DNA from: Tubiluchus corallicola
Taxonomy: Eukaryota; Animalia; Priapulida
Assembly (NCBI GenBank): GCA_030141605.1
Contig: JAQGDQ010000982.1
Span: 1-64,000 of the forward strand
Length of the DNA stretch: 64,000 nucleotides
Reading direction: 5' to 3'
Under the pieces are notes generated by a model. The model saw nothing but the letters and a program-made list of their open reading frames with translations. It had not been told where the DNA came from and made no database searches. A program made the position numbers and the translations under genes. Below, piece after piece: positions 1 to 13,928 of the stretch. How positions within the stretch are numbered: the stretch's first letter is position 1; the number at the start of each line of letters is the position of its first letter.

Positions 1-1318
1 CAAAGTTAATTAGTTGTTATTAGATGTTGTAAACATGGTGTCTTTCTAAATTGTGTCATTGCATAGGTACCACCTTTGTCATTTTAAAGCAAATATAGAA
101 AAGCTGTTACTACATGTATCTACAAATGAAATAGACAGTAAGTCCATACTTTTGTAGAGAATGAGCACAGGATACGTACAGAATGAGTTATTACATTTAA
201 TTAACTGTTATACATGTTTTTATGAGTTTTTGTTAATTTTGAACCACAAAGAGACATAACTAGAGAATAACTAGAGAAATCATTTACCTAATTTTTGAGT
301 ACTTCATTTGGTAAAGAAAGAGGTGAAGCACAGGGCAGAACACATTCACTCAAATAGGTGATAAGTAAACGAAAAAGACGTTTGCGCTGCCTCTGTGATT
401 TGACATACAGGAAACATTATTATTAACATTGTACTATACTTCATTTTAGACTAGAAAACAAGTTGTGATCTTTACCTAAATGTTTGGATACTGTTCTTCT
501 CAAGTAATAGTAAGCCTATGTGAGCTTTTTTGCATGTAGCACCTGCTAACAACTGCCATTGACGAAACAGAAGAAATAAGCAACTGACTTGACACTAGAA
601 AAAAGCAATTTTTTCCCTCATCAGCAACTTCTATAATCTGAAACAGAAAAACGTTAACTCAAACATCTTAACAATAAAATATTGGGACAAACAACTACTA
701 CTATATTTTAATTTAGTTTGATATGACTGATTCATATTAAGTTGTAAGTAAAGTGCAAAATATTTTATTAAAAGTTGACTTAACAATTGTTTAGCAAAAT
801 TAACAACAACTCATAAAAACATGTATAACAGTTTGTTACATGTAATAACTCATTCTGTACGTATTCTGTGCTCATTCTCTACAAAAGTATGGACTTACTG
901 TCTATTTCATTTGTAGATACATGTAGTAACAGCTTTTCTATATTTGCTTTAAAATGACAAAGGTGGTACCTATGCAATGACACAATTAAAAAAGACACCG
1001 TGTTTACAACATCTAATAACAAATAATTATCTTTGGTGCGGAAGCTGATGTTTGTGGCTGCATGGTGAAATGAAGACAGGGCACCTAGAAAGGAACCGGG
1101 AATTCATAATAAGATTTATAGATACACAGGTACCAGAAGGCAGAAATTCAAGGAAATCTGATCGAAAGTTTCTTCTGGTCCTTATAATAATTGACAAACC
1201 AAAGAGGTGGGATATCAAAAATTATTATATTATATGCACGCAATTTACCCTCAAGCTCTGACGTAGGTATTACTCTTTTGTATGACAGGTGAAATTTTCA
1301 TTTTATCTAGCAGGTCAC
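1..1318. repeat. Fragments of the ~1285-bp satellite: 1-240 in the same orientation as the 33.8-59 kb array, 241-1318 inverted
   Basis: 1-240 matches monomer text (GTTAATTAGTTGTTATTAGATGTTGTAAACATGG...). 241-1318 is the reverse complement of the monomer; ORF 1052..1261 (+) MWLHGEMKT... recurs on the minus strand at 35217, 39072, 48083 and 58348. Confidence 0.95.
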
Positions 1319-2010
1319 GTTGTACTTTGATCAAATATGGGACATTTATGGTAGACCTCAAGTGCCTGTGACCCATGTGACTATGATCAAGGGGTCTGGG
1401 ATATTAATCTAAATTTTATGCACTTCATTGGATGCCTTTTGGCTTATATAAAGACAGAGTGTTTGTTAAATAGCGAAATGCAGCCTTTGGTTATGATTAA
1501 AGAGAGCGTGCTTTAAGTTGATGATCAAGGTTAAAATATTAAATTAAAGATTCAAGCCAGAAGCCCACTTAGGTGTGGCGTACCACGTGATACATGACCC
1601 ATTTAGAAGGATTCTTCACGACTGTAGATAGATGATGTAACTGCTATGCGCAGAAGCCCAGTGTGCTAGGTAATTAAACAAAAGGGATTGTAGCCAGCAC
1701 CTCTTCCAGATTATCAACTAACTTGGGAGTCTGAGGGTTGGCATGTCTATCTCTCTTTTTATACTGTGTCTATGTTTAATAAATGTGCAGTTTTATTTAA
1801 AAAGCTTTGGTAGTTTGCTATACCCTCGTGGCTGTTCACACGGACTCACGAGCCTCACAACCACCTTAATAACAAAACAAACAACATATATCAAAACATA
1901 ACAAACAACAGCTACAATCTACAAAGATTATAAACAATAGAAATTTTACTTTATACTGTTCTTGGTTTTTTGTTGTTTTCCAAGTAGATTTTAGAAAAAT
2001 TGTTTTTTCA

Positions 2011-3654
2011 AACAATATTAACACAAATGCTTCAGAGTTCTAAACTGTTAAAACAAAACAAATAACTATCACAGAGCCATAAGCTGTCTCATATTCCATT
2101 ATTTTCAGTCAATGAAAGGAGGCTTTGAAATTGGAAACTTTGAAACACCATCTCTACTTATGCAACGGCAAAATGATAGACTGGCAAAATTATTATGTGA
2201 CGAAATGGTTCACTGCTGAAATGATATCTGGCAGAACGATTTTATGGCAAAGTGCACACTTTCATGATAAGCTAAATGCCTAATAGATGTACAGACTATA
2301 GCTGTTGAGGATAATAATCTATGTTAACCAATTTAATAACAACTGGGAAATAAAATCAACAAAAAATAAAGCTTGCGCATCAGAAAGTGAAGTTTAAAAA
2401 ATTATGTGGAATGAGTTATGAGACATAAATTAATTAATAGATAAATTAATAGAGATTATAATTGTTTAAAAGATATGCATGGCTAATGGATGATGAAATC
2501 ACATACATCCATTGCAAGCATGGAATATTAGGCTTTGAAACATTAGACATTTGCTTTTGACAACAGCTCGAATTGAAGTGAAATAAGAAAGTCAAGCACT
2601 TTATAGTAGTGTCAATATAAGAAAAAAATAGCCTTAATCCTAAAAGATTACAAGAAAACGCTTTTGTGTTATCTAGTAATATTTGTCCAAAAAATATCAT
2701 ACACAAATTAGGCCGAAATTTGATCACTGCAAAGGGTCCAATTATGACGTCAAAAAAGATGGCTGCTATTTGACTAAAATAACCATTCCGTTATTTTGTG
2801 CAAACTTTGCAGCCTTCTTAGGCGCCATCTTAGAATAAAGTGATATTACAGGGCCATTTAAGCATTAGATGTGGATTCCTTGACCTTGAGAACCTATATT
2901 TAGACAGCATGTTTAGACCTTGAGAACTTATATTATCATGTATGTTCTGACAGCCAAAATATAGCCCTTATAAGCTAGCAGCAGACATATTGCCAGCCAT
3001 TTCGACAATTGCAGCTATTGAAAAAAATCAATTGACTCAATAATAAAAATTAATTACCTAAATGAGCTCTGGCACTGTGCAAAAATTTCATGCTTTTGAA
3101 TCAATGTGAGCATTTTTTCATCATCCTGGACTAAATCCTACCTATTAATTTTGGAAAAAATGGTGGCATATTTTTAACGTCATAATTAATCCCTTAGCAG
3201 TGCCCAAATTTTGGTCTAATTTGGCCTCACACCAAAAAACGGGTAATTCAGCAAATTGACCTTACCGTTAGAAAAAGCAAAAGAATGCTCCATCGACATT
3301 TTATTCCCATCGGTGCTCAGTTAATATCCAATTCACTTGCTTTACAAAATATTTCACAAAAACGTTGAAACTATGTTATTCACAAAAAACTAGAAACGTG
3401 CGCACAAGCTCTATATTTATTTTTTATTTATGCGAATTTTACCACAGAAGTAACATTGAAATCTCACGAAAATTCACATATTGCACATTAGAAATAAGAA
3501 ATTCAGAAAATATTAACACAACAAAAATATAGTGAAATGCTAACATTCAAAACATTTTGCCAACAAAATCACCTCTCGAGATATTTGCACAAAATGTGGT
3601 GAGAAACTCCCAAAAATGTTGACATTTACAAAAACAATTTTATAAAACCTGACT
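2011..3654 (+). repeat. ~1.6-kb segment present three times (here, direct copy 17510-19088, inverted copy ~30865-32490); probably contains non-autonomous DNA-transposon remnants
   Basis: Starts ACAATATTAACACAAATGCTTCAGAG and ends AAAACCTGACT in both direct copies. Near-identical spurious ORFs at 2446 and 17943. GGCGCCATCTT..., GGATTCCTTGACC..., AAATTTCATGCTT motifs resemble invertebrate non-autonomous elements (family not determined). Confidence 0.8.
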
Positions 3655-3759
3655 TCTGTATTATCTGTGCAGATTAAAAACGAAAAGAACAAGACGGTGT
3701 TTTATTCACAGCAATTTTTGCGCAGTGTTGAGTTTAGCGCAAGAGAAGTAAGCAGCGCT

Positions 3760-4010
3760 CCTTTTGCGGTTAAATACGTCTAAGAAACCACGCCCATAAG
3801 TCACTGCCTGTGAATACTCACGCCCACATGTGCTCATTGGTGCATCAGCACCAGCAGTTGATTGGTCGTATCTTGGCGTAACGTGAGCTTATTGGTTCAG
3901 TTAATTTTACCTTAACTTAACAACATGACAGATTATATGATCTGTAAACGTAGAAAAGTTTACTAGAAAGTCAGACAAATGTAATTTTGGTTTTTGCCGT
4001 AAGATGGCAG
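3760..4010. promoter_or_regulatory. Pol II promoter-like cluster (3x CCAAT, 2x GGGCGTG box, TATA-like, YY1-like)
   Basis: ATTGG at 3836, 3861 and 3891; CACGCCC at 3789 and 3819; TTAAATA at 3770 (TATTTAA on minus); AAGATGGC at 4001. Locally GC/CpG-richer than the flanks. Confidence 0.5.
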
Positions 4011-4455
4011 CACAACGTCTTCTTAGCTATAATTTATTGCATAGTGCTTATCAAAGGTGGATTTAAATATTTTTCTTGCTGAGCCATGTTACTTTGGATT
4101 AATAAAAATGGAAAAAAGGGCACCATTCAAAGTTCAAATCAATTTAAATTTCCAGGGAAAAATTTATACAAAATAATACATAGAATAATTAATTTTTTGA
4201 AGCACTGTACTTAAATATCTTGCTTTCTGAGCCACGAGTTCTTATTTTTTTATTTTTCAAAAACCTCAAACAGTGGCTGCAGTCAATCAATTACGGCATT
4301 TAGAATATTGGAAAAAACAAAAAAAATTACAAAACTATATTTAAGATTGATAAGCTCTCTTCGTTTACACATTTTGTTTAACAAGTTTAATTTGTTTTAT
4401 GACCACCAAAGTTTAAAAAGCGAAATGACCCCTAAAGTACGCGATAAATTAACTG

Positions 4456-4456
4456 C

Positions 4457-4520
<64 letters not shown>

Positions 4521-4542
4521 GCAACAGCAACACAAACAACAA
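4456..4542 (+). repeat. (AAC)n microsatellite
   Basis: Direct reading; mirror (GTT/GCT)n at ~29720-29905. Confidence 0.95.
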
Positions 4543-5301
4543 AAACGTTAAAAAGTAGTTTTTGGGCTCTTGAGTTTAATTACGTACCAGTTTTGAAGGT
4601 CGTTCATTGCCTTGCCTTTGTCGGCAACAATAAAATCATAAATTTTGTCAACTGAAATCAGGGGAAAGTTGATTCTATATTATTCATGATGCGTCTCATT
4701 CGTGATGCGTGTTCTAATCTAAAGGTTACTAGAAAAGGTTACTGGCCAAAGTAACATTTCAAGGTAAATGTTTTTCTGATATTTGTTTTAATTTATGTTA
4801 TAGAGTTATGATAAACCAGCAGTATTATATTATACAGTAAAATTGTCCTGAAAAACTGACACGTAGCAACCATTTTTGTTTACTAAATAACGTGTTCGTC
4901 CGTTTTTTTTCTTCAATTCATTATTTTTTACTAGGATGTAGTATACCAGGTGCTGTTCCATGCATATTTAATAAGTGACCTTCATTCTGCATAGTCTGTA
5001 TAGTTTCACTAGTTTCCAACATTTTGACGTTCATGAAGTTTTAGCGGTTTTGCTTTTTCACAAGCGCAAACACCTATTCCGAATTAAAGTTTATTACAAT
5101 TTATGAGCTAATGAGTTTATGAGTTTCCCCGATGACATTTCTGTGATGTTGGTAACACCTATAACGCCTATAATGCACAAGAGAGGTACATGACAGAGTC
5201 TAGACAGAAGATTAATGATGGCATCGAATTCCATTGTCTAGGTTTGCTGCAACTAGTGGGGTAAACGTCTGAAAAAATACCTTTACGTGCAAGGCTATAT
5301 T

Positions 5302-5540
5302 CTGTGCGTGTATGTGTGAATGCATGCATGGTTTGAGTGTGAGTGTGTGCGAATGCATATGTGGGGTGTGCACATTACGTGTGGGTGTATGTGCTGCATA
5401 ATGTGCATGTGTGGTTTGTGCGTGTGTGTGTGTGTGTGTGTGCGTGCGTGCGTGCGTGATTGTGTGTGTTTATGTAAGACGATGTGTGCTTGAATGAGTG
5501 TGTGGTGTGTGCACATTACATGCGGGTGTATGAGCATGCG
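5302..5540 (+). repeat. Degenerate (GT)n-rich low-complexity tract
   Basis: Direct reading; mirror (CA)-rich tract at ~28725-28950. Confidence 0.85.
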
Positions 5541-6670
5541 TATCAAATAGTCAGCGTACAAAGATTCTACTTTTAGTTACAGTATTTGAGCAATTTCCCA
5601 CCTCACACTTTGCTTTATAAATAATAAGTTAAAAATATTTATGCTACGCGCAAAATCAAAGAAAAACCTTTAATCTGTAAATTTAAAAGTTTCGCCACTC
5701 TGTCACCACTAAAATCCTTAGACAAAATTACTCACTAAGATACAACTTAAATGTTAGACAAACTAAAAAAATACAATTTCAAATCCATAATTATTTTGTA
5801 ACACAATCATATATACAAAAATTTTCTATCGACAATCATAATTTTAGCTGGCAATTTAAAAACATCAGATAAAATGAAATTAAACTTAAAAGCAAATCTG
5901 TAATTTAACTACAATGTAGCTAATTAACATAGGTGATCAAATCAAAATCAGTATCCAAAGTAAACAAGAGTTGCATAGATGAACAAAGCTATTGTAATAC
6001 TTCAAAAATTTACTTCTAATACATCAAGAATAACACTTAAATAAAAAGAAACACAAACAGCACACAAATATTTTTTATAAAAACGCTTCCAGAAATATAG
6101 ACTTACATTGAGCTGTTTTATTGGCCAGCAAACTTTCCAGCATTTTAAATTGTAATGCTTAACACGTGCGAGACGCGCCATTAAAAACTTTTCATTTCAC
6201 ATTATTTGAACGTCAATTTGGCAATTATATATCAACGAGGCACGCCATTAAAAACTTGAAATGTGACTTTTCATTTCACATGATGTACAATCAGGCACAA
6301 TAGCCGCAAGGCAATGAACGACCTTCACATAAGATAAAAATTGAATGCTCTCGGCATTATAGTTATAAACGCTGTGATAAACGTGGAGTCAGTTTAAATC
6401 AGAAAGTTTTACATGTGAATCAATAAGCAACTTTGTACATGTTCTGAAAGTATGATGCTTATTTAGAGTTAAAGAATCTTCACACTGAAGGCGTTTATTC
6501 TAAGTTCAGACAGCTGAATGATCTTGCCTTATTTGAAAGTCAGATAACATCATTTTTCATACTAAGTTTGTAAGTTGTACGATTAAACATTTGAATATTA
6601 AAATGTTTCCAATTATTGTATGCAAAAAATAAATTTTCCGTTTTAAAAATAAAATAAACTGTAAAATCTT

Positions 6671-6890
<220 letters not shown>

Positions 6891-9231
6891 TGTTTGAGTT
6901 TAAAGAAGATTTTGCAGTATATTTTGCAAAGTCTTAAAAAATTTGATTCACCTTGAGCTGTTTTTTGTTCAAGAACCTCTTAGACTTAAATTATGATTCT
7001 GAACACGAGCATCATCCATTATATGATGTTTCTGCTTGAAGAGATTGCAGTAAAATATTTATGACCTTTTCAACAGAGAAAAGTCAACGAACAGCCTTGA
7101 AGTAAAACTATAATGCTAATTTGAAAAGTGAAAAATCAAATTATTGATTATTATCAAGTTTATTATCAAGTTTATTATTTTGCATTATTACTATTATTAC
7201 AAAGTTTTTTCCATTCGTCCTTGAAATGTCGTTCCCTCTTTTTTCTTGCTCTTTTCTTCTCACAGCTAATTACGAAGCTGTTTATTTTGCAAATATTCAA
7301 GTTTGAGGGATTAAAGTGAAGAAACATTTTCTTTAGCGTATCTCTTTTTTAGCACTTTTGTCTAAAATTTGATGTTCAGTATAGTGTGTTTTGAATAAAT
7401 GATAAATCATTAATCAAGGTTCTAATTGTGAATGGGGTATGCAAATTCTGACTTTCTAAAGTCTGTAGTGTAAAAAATTAAATGCCCCTCAAAATTCATT
7501 CTGAAAAAATCTCAAAGTAAATAATTATTTAAGAAACTTGTAGTCGCTTGTGCAATTTTAGAAGTAACAGCAACAACAATAAAAAGAAAAATGAACAAAT
7601 GTTTGTTTGTCTCAAAATTCTACCATCTACCTTCAGTCATTGATGTCTCCAAATGCAACGCTTTGAAATGTCCTTGGACGGTGCTGAGTTTATTGCACCT
7701 CGAAATATAGCAAGTTTTTCTCTGCATTATTAATCAGTTTTACTAGCTGTCGGCATAAAATGCAATAGGTACTGACGTTGAATACTGAGTACTGACACAC
7801 AGGTATTAATCTTCACTCTAGACACTGTCATGTAGGATACGACATCAGCCTGCAGCAAATTTATATATTAGCCGCCAGTAAACGCTGTTATTTCATTTCT
7901 TTAGTCGTGGGAACAGACTTTGGAATTTATTTTAATTTTATCTCTTGCTACTGTCGTGTAACAATCAGTCTACAAAACTTTCAGAAATCTCAGACATGTC
8001 CTCCAGCAAAACTGTTACAAACTTTATTTCTCATCAGGTGTTTAGTGAGTGAAAATCCATGAAAACGTTTTGAAATCCAAGTCACGATTCATTCTATAAC
8101 CTGGATATATTTAACAAGTTTTTAATCTTTTCACTTTTATTAGCAAGTATTACTGAAGTGCATTGCTGAAGGCATTGATGTTATACATTGTCGAATCAAT
8201 AAAAATTATATAGTTACGTTAACGCCTAATGATGTAACAAGAGTTGTATAGACAAAGTTGACAATGTTTGACGATTCTGATAAAGTTTGAAGTATGATCG
8301 TGGTGTGCAATCTCAGGTGCATTAAACTGAATACGTGGTGAATTTACCACTGCACCTTGTACTTTTGTAATCGACGTTCCCTCCTAAAACTTTACAATTT
8401 CCAAAGACAGAGTAGAATTCCAGTCCAATCCAGTAGAATTTAAAGCAAACTGACTCAAATCCTTTAAATTATAAGCCTTTCTATTATATCAAAGTGATTA
8501 AACCAGACCAAATACTGAATATGAAGCACTCACAAATGGGTGGGGTGTTACATAGTTTTAGTGATCAGTTAAATATTTCAGTTCAAAATTTTACAAAAAT
8601 TACATGAAAAATGGGGATTCAAGACAGAAGAAAAAACTATTAATCAATTGGAATAACCCCTGGGTGGTATTTTGTCATTCCGTCCTGCCTTTGTGCTGTG
8701 ACGCAAGTGAGAGGTACATTTGGAGATACCTAGAGCCACATTAAACCAAACTGTCAATGACATTGAATTTTGTCAGATACCAAGTCAAGGTGGACTACCT
8801 CCAATGAAGAATTGTTCAGTGTGATATGCGCTGTCTAAAAGCAATACCATAATTTTTTGTTTGAAAAATTTCCTTTCAAAACCAATCATTACTCTATTCA
8901 TCAACTTTTAATAGTAAAATTTCGCAGTATCTGAAACTAAGAAGATGGAAAATGTTTTTCAGTTAATATTGTTGCAAAATACACCCGTAAACTTAAATTC
9001 ATAAACAAAATAACACACTAAGATGAAATTTTAATGTTTGACAAAATGAAAAATGATAATAATTATAATTTTTCAAATGTACAATTACTTTGTAATACAA
9101 TCATATATGCAAACAGTTTCAATAGATAATCAATCGTAAGTTTGACTGGTAATCTAAAAGTAGCAGATAAAATGATTTAAAATTACAAGTGAAAGAAGTA
9201 CTACAAATTGAAAGAGATTCTGCAAGTAAAA

Positions 9232-9310
9232 TCAACAACAACAACAACAGCAACAGCAGCAGCAACAGTAGCAACAGCAACAGCAGCAGCAGCAACAACA
9301 ACAACAGGAA

Positions 9311-9363
<53 letters not shown>

Positions 9364-9476
9364 ACAACAACAACAACAGAAACAGCAGCAGCAGCAACAA
9401 CAACAGCAACAGCAGCAGCAACAGTAGCAACAGCAACAGCAGCAGTAGCAGCAGCAACAGCAACAGGCAACAGCTA

Positions 9477-9508
<32 letters not shown>

Positions 9509-9521
9509 ACAACAACAGGAA

Positions 9522-9574
<53 letters not shown>

Positions 9575-9732
9575 ACAACAACAACAACAGAAACAGCAGC
9601 AGCAGCAACAACAACAGCAACAGCAGCAGCAACAGTAGCAACAGCAACAGCAGCAGTAGCAGCAGCAACAGCAACAGGCAACAGCTACAGCAGCAGCAAC
9701 AGCAACAACAACAGCAACAACAACAACAGGAA

Positions 9733-9785
<53 letters not shown>

Positions 9786-10166
9786 ACAACAACAACAACA
9801 GAAACAGCAGCAGCAGCAACAACAACAGCAACAGCAGCAGCAACAGCAACAACAGCAACAGCAGCAGCAGCAGCAGCAGCAGCAACAGCAACAGGCAACA
9901 GCTACAGCAGCAGCAACAGCAACAACAACAACAACAACAACAACAGCAACAACAACAACAACAGCAACAGCAACAGCAGCAGTAACAACAGCAACAACAA
10001 CAACAGAAACAGCAGCAGCAACAACAACAGCAACAGCAGCAGACAACAGCAACAGCAGCAGCAACAGCAGCACAGCAGCAACAGCAACAGGCAACAGCTA
10101 CAGCAGCAGCAACAGCAACAACAACAACAACAACAACAACAGCAGCAGCAGCAGCAACAACAACAA
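9232..10166 (+). repeat. Compound (CAA/CAG)n tract with a ~200-217-bp superperiod
   Basis: CAACAGGCAACAGCTACAGC anchors recur at ~9461, 9672, 9889 and 10084. Mirror tract at ~24493-25450 has a different internal pattern. Confidence 0.9.
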
Positions 10167-11189
10167 CCCCCCCCTACATGATGCATTCTCATAAACTCAT
10201 TCTGCAATTTAAAAGTAGCAGATAAAATGAAATTAAACTTAAAAACAAATTTTGCAAATTAATTACAATAAAAAGCGATCCATGCAAAACTATTATCCAA
10301 AGTAAACTAAGATAAGAGTTCATTATAAAAACTAAGCTAATGTAATACTCCAAACAGCAAAGTAGCAGCAAAATATAAAAGTGACAAATTATAAAAATAA
10401 ACGCCACTTTACAAAACGCTTCCAGAAATATAGAACGACCTTGAGCTGATTTATTGACCAGCAAACTTTGCAGCGTTTTAAATTGTAATGCTTAACACGT
10501 GCGAGGCGCGCCATTAAAAACCCGTAACTTTTCACTTCACATGATGTAGAAGTTGAATTACGAATAAGCAGAAAGCAATGAACGACCTTCACATCAGATA
10601 AAAATTGAATGCTTTCGACAAGAAAGCAAAGAGTAAAGACGTTTTTTTTAATTATGAACGCTGTGCTAAACACGGAGTCAATTTAAATCAGAAAGTTTTA
10701 TATGTGAATCAATAAGCAACTTTGTTCTGAAAGTATGAAGCTTCCTGTAGCGATTATGAATCTTCACACTAAAGGCGTTCATTCTAAGTTCAGACGGCTG
10801 AATAATTCTGCCCTATTTGAACGCCAATTAACATATTTCATTTTTCTTATAACATAAACATTCTACGATGAAATATTTGAATATTAAATTGTTTCTAATT
10901 ATTTTTTGCAAAAAAATCAATTTTCTGTTTGTAAATGCAAAATGTAACTTCCAATAAACAGATTATGATAAAGTGATAATTTTGTTTATTGTTTATGATA
11001 AGCCTAATTGTCTTCACAATGCAAAAATCGGCAATGCATGATAAAGCCCGCTAACATGATCCATTCTCATAAACTCTTGATCTCTCACCCCTTCAACAGT
11101 TTGAAAGTAAGATTCTGTCAGTGTTGCAATATTTTAATATTAGCTGTGTGAGTCTCAAACAGATTTTGCTGTAGCAAAACCTTTATGTT

Positions 11190-11287
11190 AATATAATAAT
11201 AATAATGATGATGATGATGATGATGATGATGACGACGTCAACGGCGACGATAATACTACTACGAATAATAATAATAGTAACAATAAC

Positions 11288-11352
<65 letters not shown>
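11190..11352 (+). repeat. (ATG)n/(AAT)n microsatellite
   Basis: Direct reading; longer mirror at ~23371-23660. Confidence 0.95.
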
Positions 11353-13704
11353 GTGTATGAGTTTGAAGAAGATTTTGCAATATCGCAAAATCTTAAAAAA
11401 TATGATTGACCTTGAGCTGTTATTTTGGTCAAGAACCTCTTAGACTTAAATTATGATTCTGCATCATCCTTTATCTGATGTTTCTGCTTGAAGAGATTGC
11501 TGCAAAATATTTATGACTTTTTCAACAGAGGCCAATGAACAGCCTTGAAGTAAAACTATAATGCTAATTTGAAAAGTGAAAGAATCAAAGCGTTTATTAT
11601 TTTGCATTATTACTAAGTCTTTTCCATTCCTCCCTGAAATGTCGTTCCCTCTTTTTTCTCTCTTGTCTTCTCTCAGCTAATTACCAATTTGTGACAATTG
11701 AGAACTTTAGGCTGTTTAGGTTGCAAACATTTCTTTTATCAAGTTTGAAGAATTAAAGAAATTTTAAGGTAATAACTACTGACACTGACTTTAACCTGTA
11801 CACAGATATTAATCTTCACTCCAGACAATGGCATATAGGATAAGAGTTACGCATGTATAGATTAGCCTCCAGCAAAACACTGACATTTCATTTATTGAGC
11901 TGTGGGAAGTCGGGAGTATTGAAATTTTATTCTGATTTCCACTCTAGCCACTGTCATGTAACATTTGTCTACAATGAATCACACAAATCTTTCAGAAATC
12001 TCAGACATGTCCTCCAGGTAAATGTCATAAACTTTAGCTCTCAACAAATGTTTAGTGTGTGATATAAATCCATGAAAACATTTTAAAATCCAGTCACGAT
12101 TCATCACTTGGATATATTTAACAAGTTTTTAATCTTTTTGCACTTAAACTGGCAACTATTACTAAAGCGCATTGCTGAAGGCATTCATGATATATATTTT
12201 TGAATGAATGACAATAAAAATTTATGAAACAGAAAGGGTAGAAAACGAAAAGAAAAAGAAAAGAAAAGTAAGAAAAAAGATGAACAAAGAAAGAAACAAC
12301 AGCCTCGGTTTTAGCTGGAATAAAGAAACTCTTACCTGTTTCTGGAATGTAGAAAAAGCCCTGAGCGTTTTCAAGATTTTAGCACTTTAGATAATAGCTA
12401 CCAGGTTTTGCTGACGGTCGTTCATTGCCTTGCCTTTGTCGGCAACAACATCATAAATCTTTTCAACTGAAATCAGGGAAAGGCGGGTTCCATGTTATTT
12501 ATGATGCGTCTCATACGTGTTGAGCGTTGTAATCTGAAATAGTAGAAAAGGTTACTGGCCAAATTAACATTTCAAGGCAAACCTTCTGCTACTGCTTGTG
12601 AAAAACTGACACGGCGACGAAGAAGACGACTACGACGACGATGATGATGATGATGATGGTGACGATGTTATTATTAATTATTCTGAATTTAAAACTAATG
12701 TTAGCGGAATTTATTTTTGTTTGGTTTTAAAATATTTTAATCCTTTTTATTCAAATTCTAAAAAATTTGGTCTCACCGGACATGTTTAACACTTGTAAAC
12801 ATATTAATTTTACATGACAATGTTTGATTGTGGTCCAAACTCCATTATCTCCGTTTCTATTTACCTAACTGCTACCTCAAAATAATTAGTCAGTTAGTCA
12901 ATTAGAAGGTCACTCAAGCAGGCTGTTAGGCGGTCAGTCACTTGCCTGTCAGTCAGTCAGCCAGTCGGTTAGTTAGTCAGTCAGTGGGCCATTAGTAAAG
13001 ATGTGAACAACTATGTTGAGTCGCCTTGAGCTGTTGGTTTGTTCAAGAACCTTGTAGATTTAATTTATGATTCCGAGCACGTGAATCATCCATTATATGA
13101 TGTTACTGCTTAACGAGATTGCACCAATATATAGCGAAATGCCTTGAAGTAAAAATATGAAGTAAAATAGAAATGAAACATTTACTACTCTGGTTTATTA
13201 CTAAGAGTTCCCTGAAATTTTGTTCCCACTTTTTTCTGTCTCTTGTCTCCTCCTGTCATCTATAAACTCAACTCTTTAGGTGGCAAATAATTTGTTTTAT
13301 CAATTTTGAATGATTCAAGAAAACTATTTTATTATTTTTCTTATCTTGACACTTTTGTCTGAAATTTAAAGTTTAATATGTGTGTTTTGATTAAACTACA
13401 ATTCATTGTGACTGGTCCTGCAAATTTTAAGTCCCTAAAGTCTGTACGCAAAAATTAGGTGCCATTAAACTCATTCTGAAAACAAAAAAAATCATCGAAC
13501 CAATTATTTTTACTATTTTAGAAGTAGCAATAGCAAAATAATAGAAACAATAGAAACAAATAGAAAGCAAATATTTTTATAGTCTCAAAAAAACTGTCAC
13601 TGAAGTGACTAAATGCAGCACCTTACTGGCTGCTGCTACAAAATTCAGTGAAACAGCTATTGACATATGAGGTTCAACCTGCACACAGGTATAAATCTTC
13701 AGTC

Positions 13705-13928
13705 TAGACATTGTCATGTACGACAAGCGTTACGCATTTAAACATTATCCTCCGGCAATATCTGAGCGGTGGGAACTCAAACGTTGGAATTTATTTTAAC
13801 TTTCAGCCTAGACGCTGTCATGTACGACAAGCGTTATGCATTTAAACATTATCCTCCGGCAATTATTGAGCCGTGGGAACTCAAACGTTGGAATTTATTT
13901 TAACTTTCAGCCTAGACGCTGTCATGTA
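13705..13928 (+). repeat. Local ~100-bp tandem duplication
   Basis: TGTCATGTACGACAAGCGTTA...TTTCAGCCTAGACGCTGTCATGTA occurs twice; mirrored at ~20805-21030. Confidence 0.85.

Noticed and set aside
2446-2727. 93-aa ORF repeated at 17943
   Set aside because: It is disrupted in the third copy (~31790-32050), has no ATG start and no recognisable domain, and is conserved only because the DNA is duplicated.
9119-10207. PolyQ/polyN/polyT/polyC/polyL ORFs up to 328 aa (and mirrors at 24455-25565)
   Set aside because: These are stop-free frames of a CAA/CAG microsatellite, open in nearly all frames, with no unique domain and no conservation between the arms.
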